NCBI GenBank assembly: GCA_964035545.1
Contig: OZ037771.1
Coordinates: 321,628-385,627, forward strand
DNA from: Bugula neritina
Lineage: Eukaryota > Animalia > Bryozoa
Reading direction: 5' to 3'
DNA: 64,000 nt
Of the stretch, positions 13,288 through 26,100 are shown piece after piece; position 1 is the stretch's first letter, and each line of letters opens with the position of its first letter. Made by a program: the position numbers and the translations under genes. Under the pieces are notes generated by a model. The model did no database searches. It saw only the letters and a list, made by a program, of their open reading frames with translations, and was not told where the DNA came from.

Positions 13288-16200
13288 TTAAAAATTAAGA
13301 AATTGTGGTCAATTTGGCCATATTTGGATTTTACTATGCATAAAAACTCTAAAATTTCCAGATTCGAGTGATGTGATTCTTTTTGATATTCTACTTTTCT
13401 TTCTATTAAAATTGTGTATTTAAAGTTACCCCTTTGTTGCAACTGGTGTGAAAAACAAAAAAAATGCAGCCATAATCACTAACTTTAGCACCATTGTTAA
13501 CTGTTTTCAACTCGGCATTCTCAGTTGCACTGTACAGCATTAGTTTCAGAAAAGCCTACTTTACTAATGGGCAGTGTATAACACCTCTCAGTAAGCGCAT
13601 TGAGGCAAAACAAAGATAATTGATTTAGCATAGTTTTGTCGGATTTTATTACCCTGACCCCGTGACCCGCGATTCACTTCATTTATTGGCTGTGCTTATC
13701 GCGTGATCTGTGACGCACATCCTGTTTGCCAAAACGAACAAAGAAGCTACACGTAATATTCCAAACTGCCAAAACAATCTGATAATTTACCATCAATCCT
13801 TCATCTAGATCTTCTACAACCGGTGAAAATAAAGAGAAGACATATTTGACTTTATATTTATCAACATTTTGTTTTACGAAGTGCCGTGATTTACTTATTT
13901 TGACATTAGTAATATTACATAATATTTATATTCGTACCGACTCGTTATATAAGTCTCTAACATAGCAGCACGTATACTACAGACACAGTAAACATGCCTA
14001 AGGTTAAAAAAAGGCAGTTTCGAGGAAATCAGTACAGAAAAGCTGACCCAGTACTAGATATTACTACTAGTACTACTACTACGACGCCTGCAAGTGCTAC
14101 GACGCCTTCAACTGCAAGTGCAAGGACGCCCACAACTACGCCTACTACTAGACCACCCATGACGATTACTACTACTACTACTACTATTGCCGGCACCGCT
14201 ACGCCAGTTATCGCTACTACTATTAGTAACACTAATGTAACTAACTCTACTGCACATCTAAGTGCATCTACAAGCTTTTCAGTTAGTACTATGGACTTTC
14301 AATTGGAGCCCCAGTCTGCTGCATCTGACCATCAACTTATACCACCGACTGCCTCCAGCTCTTTGAGTCTGACTAGTGATGCTACACCTACAGTTACCGG
14401 CACTACTCCTGCTGCAACTGCCAGCTCTGCTAAACTAAATGATCAGCTAAGTACTTCAAATTTCTTATTTAGTTCTGCAAATTCTCAGCCTGACAGTATT
14501 ATAGTGCAGACTAAGTTAGTTTTAGAACTTATGGGTAGGTTGTCATCTGGTAGTATTGCTTGTAAAGATCACCCTGCTATGTCCTTGCGAATTAGTGTAA
14601 AATGCCATAGTGGAATTGTACCAGCTTTTGATTTTACCTGTTCTGTTTGTGGTGTTCTTATTGAAAGTAGTGTAATGAGTGATCGTGATGTAGATCATAG
14701 GTTTTCTTTGAATACTCGGTTGGCTTTTGGTACAACCTTGGCAGGTGGGCATAGAAGTACTGCTGCAACTATTTCTGCTCATCTAGGTTTGCCCCCACCT
14801 GTCGCTTTTAGTGAGTGGGCCAAGGATGTAGAGCGACTTGGTAACATTACTAAGGAGCTAGCTAGTAAGTCAATGGACCAGGCTGCCAGGGAAGCTGCTA
14901 GTATGAGTAACAGTAGTGATATAACAGTATCTTGTGATGGTACCTGGCAGCGTAGGGGCTTTAGTAGTAAGAATGGGGTAGCTACTGTTATTACCCATTC
15001 AGTAGGAAAACCAGGTAAAGTAGTTGATACTGAAGTTCTCTCTAGTTATTGTTTTACATGTGCCAGTCATAAAGATAGTATACCACCAGAGCATAGTTGT
15101 GTCAAAAATCATGAGGGTTCAGCTGGTGGTATGGAGCCGGTAGGTATGGTTAGAATTTTCAGGAGGTCAGTCGAGAAGAGAGGAGTACGGTTTGTAAAAT
15201 ATTTAGGGGATGGAGACTCCAAGTCTTATAGTGCTGTAAGTAAGGCCCAACCCTATGGCCCAGATGTTGTTGTTGAGAAACTTGAATGCGTAGGTCATGT
15301 GCAAAAGCGAATGGGCAAGCTTTTATTAGATAAAGTGCAGCAATGTAAGGGAAAAGAGTTTTATTGGGAAGGCCGTAAGTATAAAGGTATAGGAGGTAGT
15401 GGTAAGTTGCATAAAGCTGCTATAAAGAGAATTCAGGGTCATTATGGAGCAGCTATTAGGAATAATGTAGGAAACTTAGAGGGTATGAAAGCAAGCATTT
15501 GGAGAATATGGCATCATAGGAATAGGAATCATAGCTCATGTGATAATTCTTGCCCGGCAGTAAATGGTAGTGGTGATGGTAATTCGAATAGTCTCCCACC
15601 TTTTGTACTAGAAGAGATAAAACCGGTTTTTGAAGCTCTTACAGCCGATTCTCTGCTTTCAAAATGCTTGCATGGGGGTACACAAAATAATAACGAGTCT
15701 TTTCATAGGATAATTTGGTTACTTTGCCCTAAAGTGCAGTTTGTGCAGAAGCCTAGGTTAGAACTTGCTGTCAACTGTGCTGTCTTACAATTCAATGATG
15801 GTAGTACTGCTCTTGCTGCTGTTTATGATATTTTAGGAATAACGATTGGAAAACAGCTGGTAATGCACACCCACAAAAAAGATCTGCAGAGAATAAAGGC
15901 TTCCAAGAGACGGGCCACCTATCAAAGAGCAACAATAGCCAGACGACCTGACCGGAGTGACTACCAAGCTGGAGCTTTTTAGAGATGAAATTTCAATAAA
16001 CCCTCAACTTTGAAGATAAGTTGACTTTGTTACTTCGCCCCCAAAGTGAAAATTTTGCAAAAACCTAAGTTTATTTTTGTTGTCAGCTGTTCTGTCGTAT
16101 AATTCAATGATAATAGTACTGATTTTGTACCTGTTTACTTTGTTTTAGGAACACTGATTGTGAAGCAGTTTGCCATTTATACCCACAAAAAGATCTTCTA

Positions 16201-17074
16201 ATAATAGTGAGTTCCCGCCACAAAGCCCAGCAGTCTGGCCAAAGTATTACAAGACTGGAGTTTTCTGGAGATAGAACTTCACTGAATTTATAATTTATTC
16301 TGTAATTTCTTTTGAAATCATGCAAATACAACTAAGATTTTGAAATGAGATCATATCGATTGATAAATTTTTCGTCATTGAATTTTTTATTTGTGTATTT
16401 TCGGTTGTTACAGTAGTAAAATTATTGCTTCTCCTATAGGTTTTATGCTATTTTTATGAAATTTGGAGTATAATATGATGAGATGTGCTTCTAACAACCA
16501 TGCCAAAATAATATATATTTAACTTGTAGGTTTCAAGATATAGTCATTTCAATTTATTGAATTTTCGTCCTCAATTTTCTCATTTGTATGTTTTTTCGGT
16601 TGCTACGATAGTAAAATTCTATCTCCTCCTACAATTTTTGACCTACCCATATGAAATTTGGAACATAATATGCTTAAATGTATATCTAGCAACCCTACCA
16701 GAATTGGGCATGTGCATGTAATAGGTTTCAAGATATGGTCATCTCAATACATGGTACCTGCTAAAAATCTAGAACTCCGGCGAAAAGTGCATAGATCTTG
16801 TTATCTAGTAAACCTAGAAGGCTAAATGTGGTAGGGGTTCTAGATAAATATGTTTTGCTTCAAATTGTGGAGTTGGAGCAGAATTGAAATATTATTCTAG
16901 GAGGAGATAACTCTTTAGTGCACTCCGGCCAAAATCGCTATAATTTAACCTTGACCTCTGAAATTGTGGGGGGGTGTGGGTAGGCCCATGGTTAGGAACA
17001 TATCAAAATTTGAGGTCAGTAGGGCTATTATTTTTCAAGATATGGCCAATCAAGTGGAAAATCAGAGTCCTGCC
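13275..17074 (+). mobile_element. Apparently intact autonomous DNA transposon with TTAA TSD (Kolobok-like), 3800 bp
   Basis: TTAA at 13271-13274 and 17075-17078. TIRs GGCTGGACTATGATT (13275-13289) and AATCAGAGTCCTGCC (17060-17074) match at 13/15. Subterminal inverted TGGCCATAT. Degenerate ~200-bp direct repeats at 16380-16760. One long ORF. Confidence 0.85.
13994..15982 (+). CDS. DDE transposase (662 aa; family often labelled Mutator-like transposase; termini indicate Kolobok)
   Basis: Intronless ORF with VSCDGTWQRRG, YLGDGDS, KLECVGHVQKRMG and HGGTQNNNES (D, D, E candidates), CxxC zinc motifs and a basic N-terminus. AATAAA lies just after the stop. Confidence 0.9.
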   Translation: MPKVKKRQFRGNQYRKADPVLDITTSTTTTTPASATTPSTASARTPTTTPTTRPPMTITTTTTTIAGTATPVIATTISNTNVTNSTAHLSASTSFSVSTMDFQLEPQSAASDHQLIPPTASSSLSLTSDATPTVTGTTPAATASSAKLNDQLSTSNFLFSSANSQPDSIIVQTKLVLELMGRLSSGSIACKDHPAMSLRISVKCHSGIVPAFDFTCSVCGVLIESSVMSDRDVDHRFSLNTRLAFGTTLAGGHRSTAATISAHLGLPPPVAFSEWAKDVERLGNITKELASKSMDQAAREAASMSNSSDITVSCDGTWQRRGFSSKNGVATVITHSVGKPGKVVDTEVLSSYCFTCASHKDSIPPEHSCVKNHEGSAGGMEPVGMVRIFRRSVEKRGVRFVKYLGDGDSKSYSAVSKAQPYGPDVVVEKLECVGHVQKRMGKLLLDKVQQCKGKEFYWEGRKYKGIGGSGKLHKAAIKRIQGHYGAAIRNNVGNLEGMKASIWRIWHHRNRNHSSCDNSCPAVNGSGDGNSNSLPPFVLEEIKPVFEALTADSLLSKCLHGGTQNNNESFHRIIWLLCPKVQFVQKPRLELAVNCAVLQFNDGSTALAAVYDILGITIGKQLVMHTHKKDLQRIKASKRRATYQRATIARRPDRSDYQAGAF

Positions 17075-17165
17075 TTAAAGACTCGCTATCGCGGGGAACA
17101 ATTCGATTTTTTCGATTTCCATGCATTTGTTAATTAACGACCTGTTATTAGTCTTCAAGCCAATC

Positions 17166-20100
17166 ATGGCGGAGGCTTCCAATTTGACACAGAAAGAACT
17201 TTCTTGTAGTAATTACCCTGATTTTGCTTCTGTATGTTTATTTATCGAGCAATTTGGTGACTTATTAGGTTTACTGCCACTTAGCATAGGAAGTCTTAAA
17301 GCAGGCTTTGAAGATAACTCCGGTGGTAAGCTTATAAATTTCGGTAAAAGTAAATGTAATATTTATATTTAAATTTATTTTTAATTTATCCTGAAACTCA
17401 AATTCAAACTTCAAGTGTAAAATTAATTCTTATACTAAACATTAATTGTAAATGACTGAATCTAATACTTATACTTATAGTCAACGTCATAGTTATACTT
17501 CATTACTTGTATTTAATTTTATACTTATACTTATAGTTATACATTAACTTATACTAATAACTTATAGTTATACTTATAGTTAATGTTATACTTATACTAA
17601 TAGTAATACTAATAGTAATACTTATACTTATACTTATAGACTATAGTTATACTCTATAGTTATAGTTATACTTTAAGTTAAACTGTTTAAGTCTACGTTT
17701 ATAGACTATAGTTTAGTTACCTAACGTTACTTTTAGAGTTTTAGAGTCAATAAGAGTTTATGGTGTTATTTTTTAGCTTTAACTTTGAGCCCTTAATTTC
17801 AAGCCTAAGGCTTAAACTTATATTTAGTATAACTATAAGTTATACTAGTTATAGTTAATCACTAGTAGTCGTCCTAGTAGTCGCCGATGTAGTAGTTATA
17901 ATTATTCTTATACTTATAGTTCTTCAAGTTTATAATTTAAATTATAGTTGTTCATATTGTTCAGCTTAGAATTTAATGTTATGCTTAGTCTTACAGTAAC
18001 AGTTATTATTAGTGTTATTCTAAGTCTCTCTCTAAATCAGAATGATAAAATTAAATGTTATTCATTAAAACTTGATAAGATAAAGGTAGGTATCATATTT
18101 ACTGCTTAGTTTTATTGTCAACTAAATGTAAGTGTAAGTGCTTAATGATTCGAATAGAGTAATAGTTATAATTGTTATAACTACCGTTCATAACCATTAT
18201 GATTATAAGTAACTAATTGTGGTTATAAGACTTTCCTCAGCATGCTATATCATGTTACAGATTCAGTCAGAAAATATTGTTAAATTGCAGAAGTCTCTGA
18301 TTTCATAAAGGAGCTCCACGTTTATTTGCTTCGTCGTATCAAGAAAAACATACCAGTTGATCGATGGGAGAAGGAATTGGCAAAGTTTTGTTTCACATAC
18401 AACCATTGGCACGGGTGGGAGTTAGAGCAGCAGGGTTATGCTAAACTCAAGTTGTCAACCCGCCTCGCCATCATAAGGGTGAGTCACTTGATACAGGAAG
18501 TGCTCACTTTACAGCTGCTTACTTCTTGTCGCGTGACATAACGTTATAACTTCTGGCTGTAGAACCTGCTGGAGGCCCAGTTTGATGCGAACCTTAAGTT
18601 CCAGGAGCGACTCAGATCTGACATCCCAGAAGAGGAGCTGAGGAGGAACTGCTACGGCAGAGATAAGACAGGGCTGTGTTACTGGCTCATTCAGGTTTGT
18701 CGGGAGTTACGCTCTCTTCGTGTCACATAACCTTTACCATACAGTATACTTGTCATACAGTACACTTACCTTACAGTATACTTACCATACAGTACACTTA
18801 CCTTGCAGTATACTTACCATACAGTACACTTACCATGCAGTACACTTACCTTGCAGTATACTTACCATACAGTATACTTACCATACAGTATACTTACCAT
18901 ACAGTATACTTACCATACAGTATACTTACCATACAGTACACTTACCATACAGTATACTTACCATACAGTATACTTACCACACAGTACACTTACCATACAG
19001 TATACTTACCATACAGTATACTTACCTTACAGTACACTTACCATACAGTATACTTACCTTACAGTATACTTATCATACAGTATACTTACCTTACAGTATA
19101 CTTACCATATAGTATACTTACTTTACGGTATACTTACCATACAGTACACTTACCTTACAGTATACTTACCATACAGTATGCTTACCTTGCAGTATACTTA
19201 CCATACCGTATACTTACCATACAGTACACTTACCATGCAGTACACTTACCTTGCAGTATACTTACCATACAGTATACTTACCTTGCAGTATACTTACCAT
19301 ACCGTACACTTACCATACAGTACACTTACCATGCAGTACACTTACCTTGCAGTATACTTACCATACAGTATACTTACCATACAGTATACTTACCATACAG
19401 TATACTTACCATACAGTATACTTACCATACAGTACACTTACCATACAGTATACTTACCATACAGTATACTTATCATACAGTATACTTATCATACAGTATA
19501 CTTACCTTACAGGATGATGAGTTGACAATCAACGTATTCAGGGTAGAGCAGGATGACACTGATGGATCTTCCTGGCAAGCTGTGGCCAAGTGAGTACTTC
19601 AACTATTTCTACTCACCTTTTCCATTCATCTATCCTTTCATCTCTCATGTATAATAAAGTGTGTCTTGTTTTAGAGACCGTGATGAGCTGTGTGTGTTGA
19701 TAGAGTGTCTTAAGGATTATAAACCAATACCAGCCGTAAACTTGTTAGAAGTGACTCGTAGTGACACTCCCAACAGTTTCACATCCTCTCACACAGGTAT
19801 GTCTCTTCTCCATACGTCTCTGTGCATCTCTATACACATCTCTATACGCCTATATACATAACACGCTCTCTCTCCGGCTCTTTTCCTATAGTAACTGAAG
19901 AAATAGTGCTAGAAACTATGCAACTCAGGTTAAAGTTCCTGCTAATGCCCTTGTCTTAAAGTTACTTTAGCTGATTCACTGTCTTTCAGGTGTTGGGATA
20001 ACACCCTCTCGCATTACTACACCCACTCCGTTTGCGTTAGACCCCCGTTCTTTCACACCTACGTCTCTCAAAGTAGGTTTACCTAAGCAAGAAGTTGCTT

Positions 20101-23100
20101 CACCTTTGACCTTAGTAGAGCAAGGGGATGCCCAGACACTTTGTAAAGGGCAAGTTAAACTTGAGCCCCATGAGGTGAAGGTCACTAGTGAAGAGATGAA
20201 AGTCACTAGTGAAGAGGTGAAGGTCACTACTGAAGAGGTGAAGGTCACTACTGAAGAGGTGAAGGTCACTACTGAAGACAACACCGATAGTACGGTATGT
20301 ATACCAACTTCTAGTAGTACCTATGAGTGTCTTCTCTAGGCCAATGAGCTCTACAATAAGGATTAGGGAGGATGTATGATCATTGAGAGCCTACTACACA
20401 GTAATGATGTTTCAGGCTAACAGCTTTACTGAAACATTTATATCCCACATTTTCTCTAAATTGTAGGATATAAAGAATTACAAATTGTTATTGTTTTGAG
20501 TTTTGTTGCTAGCTGCTGGTGTTTATATGCTAAACAGAATATTTGTGGCCCCTGTTCAGAGGGCTGCATAATATGTATATTGTGTTCAAGATGCTAGCTA
20601 AGTTTCCCTCAGCTCTCTCATTTTACACCTCAATCATTTCCACAGGAAACCATCAAGTCCCTTTTACCTGAGGCAGGCGAAAACTTAAACGAAGCTGACA
20701 AACCACTCTCACAAGATGTAGATAAACCACTCTCACAAGATGTAGACAAACCACTCCCACAGGAAGGAGATAAACCACTCCCACAAGAAGGAGACAAACC
20801 ACTCCCACAGGAAAGAGACAAACCACTCCCACTAGAAGCAGACAAACCACTCCCACAAGAAGAAGATGAACCACTCCCACAGGAAGCAGACAAACCACTC
20901 TCACAAGATGTAGATAAACCACTCTCACAAGATGTAGACAAACCACTCCCACAGGAAGGAGATAAACCACTCCCACAAGAAGGAGACAAACCACTCCCAC
21001 AGGAAGGAGACAAACCACTCCCACTAGAAGCAGACAAACCACTCCCACAAGAAGAAAATGAACCACTCCCACAGGAAGGAGATAAACCACTCCCACTAGA
21101 AGCAGATAAACCACACCTACAAGAAACAGATAAACCACTCCCACAAGAAACAGATAAACCACTCCCACAAGAAGTAGATAAACGACACCTACAAGAAACA
21201 GATAAACCACTCCCACAAAAAGCAGATAAACCACTCCCACAAGAAGCAGATAAACCACACCTACAAGAAACAGATAAACCACTCCCACAAGAAGCAGATA
21301 AACCACACCTACAAGAAACAGATAAACCACACCTACAAGAAACAGATAAACCACTCCCACAAGAAACAGATAAACCACTGCCAGGTGGCCACGATTCCAC
21401 AGACAGTGAAGATAATATTCCCCTCAGTGAGCTAAGGAAGTCATGCATTCTTTTGAATAAAGCTAGGAAATCCTTGATAAAGGTGACCAGACAATATTTT
21501 TATACTTTCACTGAATAAAACTGGAAACAGTTGCTAGTATACTTGTTGATAAAGTTACTATCCTAATTAGTTAGAAGTATGAATATATGATGGCAGGCCA
21601 AGAAAGAGCATGAGAAGAAGAAGCAGAAGGAACTGGTGAAGAGGCAGAAAGATAAAGCAAAGAAAAGGTTGAAGGAAATAATTGACTCACCAAAAGTCTC
21701 ACCTTTACGAAGCAGTGGTCGACAGAGAAAGCCGATTCTGACGAAGCTCTCTGTATGTCTTTTTTCTCACTTCTGTATACTCTGTATTATCACTACTATA
21801 TACTCTGTATTATCACTTCTGTATACTCTGTATTACTACTGTATACTCTGTATATCACTACTGTATACTCTGTATATCACTACGGTATACTCTGTATTAC
21901 TACTGTATACTCTGTATATCACTACTGTATACTCTGTATTATCACTACGGTATACTCTGTATTATCACTACGGTATACTCTGTATTATCACTACGGTATA
22001 CTCTGTATATCACTGTATACTCTGTATTATCACTCTGGTATACTCTGTATTACTACTGTATACTCTGTATATCACTACGGTATACTCTGTATATCACTAC
22101 GGTATACTATGTATTACTACTGTATACTCTGTATTATCACTACGGTATACTCTGTATATCACTACGGTATACTCTGTATATCACTACTGTATACTCTGTA
22201 TTATCACTACTGTATACTCTGTATTGTCACTGTATACTCTGTATTACTACTGTATACTCTGTATTACTACGGTATACTCTGTATTACTACTGTATAGTCC
22301 ATATTACTATGGCATACGCAGGGTGACGATGACACGGACAGCTCCCAGTCGGAAGAAGACGACTACATCCCCAAACAGGGACGAAATGCTCAAAGACAGG
22401 CCAACCGAAACAAGAGAGTCTTGTTGACCACACACGAGGAACTTAGTAGTGAGGTAATTTACTGTGATGTACTGTAATATACTGTAATATGTGTAATATA
22501 CTGTAATATACTGTAATATACTGTAATATGTGTAATATACTCTGATATACTGTAATATGTGTATTATACTGTAATATAATATTCTGTAATATGTGTAATA
22601 TATGTAATATGATGACATGCCGTAATATAATATGCCATAATATAATATGCCGTAATATAATATAATATGCCGTAATATAATATGCCGTAATATAATATGC
22701 CGTAATATAATATGCTGTAAGATGTACACTCAGGTGGACAACGTAATATAATATAATATGCTGTAATATAATATGCCATAATATAATATGCCGTAATATA
22801 ATATGCCGTAATATAATATGCCATAATATAATATGCCGTAATATAATATGCTGTAATATGTACACTCAGGTGGACAACGTAATATAATATAATATGCTGT
22901 AATATAATATGCCATAATATAATATGCCGTAATATAATATGCCGTAATATAATATGCCATAATATAATATGCCGTAATATAATATGCTGTAATATAATAT
23001 GCCGTAATATAATATGCTGTAATATAATATGCTGTAATATGTACACTCAGGTGGACAACGAAGACACTCCCTGCTCGTCATGTGGAAAGTACAACCAGCC

Positions 23101-26100
23101 TCACCTCATGTTACTCTGTGATAAATGTGATGCCGGGTGGCACACCGGCTGTGTGAAACCCCCCCTCTTCTACATCCCGGAAGGCGACTGGCACTGCCCC
23201 TCCTGTGAACACGTATGTTTGGTACTCTACTATGTGCAGCCACCACTCTACTATGTGCAGCCACGACTCTATTACTTTATTACTCTGCTGGTGATACGTA
23301 GTAGTTATGGTGTGAGAGTCGTTTGTTATCTGTCCTACTATTGGCTACATTGTTATCTGTCATGTCATTGGCTACATTGTTATCTGTCATGTCATTAGTT
23401 ACATTGTTATCTGTCATCTCATTGGCTACATTGTTATCTGTCATGTCATTGGCTACATTGTTATCTGTCATCTCATTGGCTACATTGTTATCTGTCATGT
23501 CATTGGCTACATTGCTCTCTCAGGCCGCACTAATAGAGAAGTTGTCTGCCCAACTAGAGAAGTTAGACGAGCTGATAAAGAGTGAAGAGACAAAGAGGAA
23601 GAGGCTGGAGAGACAAGAGAAGTACGCTTTGAGCAACGGAATTCACCCGTCTAACATCCTACCCAGTCATGAGCTGGTTACTAAGCATAAGTCTGTGAGT
23701 TTGTATAACATAATATAATACGACTTCCTGTAATATAATATAGTGTAATATAATACGCAATATATGTGTTCTGCGTGTACTTATTTCATAGCTGCCCCAA
23801 AAGAGAAATAATGCGTACGGGTACGACGCATACGAGTACGACAGTTACGAAGAGGATCACTACGTGCCAACCAAACGCTCCTGTAGACAGAGGACCAAGG
23901 TGAACTACAAGTTCGAGGAGTACGAGGCCTTGATCAACTCCGCAATCTGTAGCAATAAGAAAAAGGAGGGGGACCCCACTCTACTACCAGGTAATACTTA
24001 CTCTACTACCAGGTAATACTTACTCTACTACCAGGTAATACTTACTCTACTACCAGGTAATACTTACTCTACTACCAGGTAATACTTACTCTACTACCAG
24101 GTAATACTTACTCTACTACCAGGTAATACTTACTCTACTACGAGGTAATACTTACTCTACTACGAGGTAATACTTACTCTACTACCAGGTAATACTTACT
24201 CTACTACCAGGTAATACTTACTTTACTACCAGGTAATACTTACTCTACTACCAGGTAATACGTACTCTATCATATTAGCCTGTGCTCTTTACTACAGGAA
24301 CCAACTCTTCACTAGCCGGTACGGCCCCCTCACCTCGAGGCAGGTCCAGAGGCAAGGACATCAGCAACCTGCTTGGAGAGTCGGCAGCCGCCCTGTTGGC
24401 AGCATCCAGCTCTGAAGAGGAAGAGGCGGAGTCACTGAGACAGGATGTGGTGCATTCTGGGAAGGAAACAGGAAAGGAAAACAAACACAGAAAAAAGAGG
24501 GCAAGCAAGTTAGTGGAGATCAATGTTTTTACATTCTGCATTTACTTGATGTCTACACTGTATACTTGATGTCTACACGGTGTACTTGATGTCTACACGG
24601 TGTACTTGATGTCTACACTGTATACTCGATGTCTACACTGTATACTCGATGTCTACACTGTATACTTGATGTCTACACGGTGTACTTGATGTCTACACTG
24701 TATACTTGATGTCTACACTGTATACTTGATGTCTACACGGTGTACTTGATGTCTACACTGTATACTCGATGTCTACACTGTATACTTGATGTCTACACTG
24801 TATACTTGATGTCTACACTGTATACTTGGTGTCTACGCTGTATACTTGATGTCTACGCTGTATACTTGATGTCTACACTGTATACTTGATGTCTACACTG
24901 TATACTTGATGTCTACACTGTATACTTGATGTCTACACTGTATACTTGATGTCTACACTGTATACTTGGTGTCTACGCTGTATACTTGATGTCTACACTG
25001 TATACTTGATGTCTACACTGTATACTTGATGTCTACACTGTATACTCGATGTCTACACTGTATACTCGATGTCTACACTGTATACTCGATGTCTACACTG
25101 TATACTCGATGTCTACACTGTATACTTGATGTCTACACTGTATGCTTGATGTCTACACTGTATACTTGATGTCTAACTGTATACTCTAGACTGAATGATA
25201 TTGACGCGGAGAGTGCTGGGGAAGAGGATGAGGACTACATAGCCAATGAGGAGGAATATGCCAATGATGACTACGAGGACAACCGATCTGGCGTGTCGGA
25301 AGAAAGTCTGTCTGATGACGCCTGGACGCCTTACCGTGGTAATAAGAATGGTACCAGGCGGGGTGGTGCAAGACGAGGTGGTGCAAGGCGAGGCAGTGGA
25401 AGGTTAAATGGTCGACGGCGGCGAGATGATGTGAGAGGATTCAGTGAGTGTCTCTCTGTTTTATGTTAGTAGTGGCTAGTAATAGTAGCTAGTAATAGTA
25501 GCTAGTAGTAGTAGCTAGTAATAGTGGCTAGTAATAGTAGCTAGTAATAGTAGCTAGTAATAGTAGCTAGTAATAGTAGCTAGTAATAGTAGCTAGTAAT
25601 AGTAGCTAGTAATAGTAGCTAGTGATAGTAGCTAGTGATAGTAGCTAGTGATAGTAGCTAGTAATAGTAGCTAGTAATAGTAGCTAGTGATAGTAGCTAG
25701 TGATAGTAGCTAGTAATAGTAGCTAGTGATAGTAGCTAGTGATAGTAGCTAGTAATAGTAGCTAGTAATAGTAGCTAGTAATAGTAGCTAGTAATAGTAG
25801 CTAGTAATAGTAGCTAGTAATAGTAGCTAGTGATAGTAGCTAGTGATAGTAGCTAGTAATAGTAGCTAGTGATAGTAGCTAGTGATAGTAGCTAGTAATA
25901 GTAGCTAGTAATAGTAGCTAGTAATAGTAGCTAGTAATAGTAGCTAGTGATAGTAGCTAGTAGTAGTAGCTAGTAATAGTAGCTAGTAATAGTAGCTAGT
26001 AATAGTAGCTAGTGATAGTAGCTAGTGATAGTAGCTAGTAATAGTAGCTAGTAATAGTAGCTAGTAATAGTAGCTAGTGATAGTAGCTAGTGATAGTAGC

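Noticed and set aside
13275-17074. Classification as piggyBac or MULE
   Set aside because: TTAA suggests piggyBac, but the ends are GG..CC rather than CC..GG and the protein motifs differ; short TIRs and a 4-bp TSD do not fit MULE.
20630-21448. Minus-strand SCGSGLS repeat ORF resembling a keratin-associated or metallothionein-like protein
   Set aside because: It is the antisense reading of RSF1 exon 7, which has proper splice sites and frame on +.
24495-24515. GC-AG donor in RSF1 intron 13
   Set aside because: A canonical GT (AA|gttagt at 24509) gives the phase required by the next exon.
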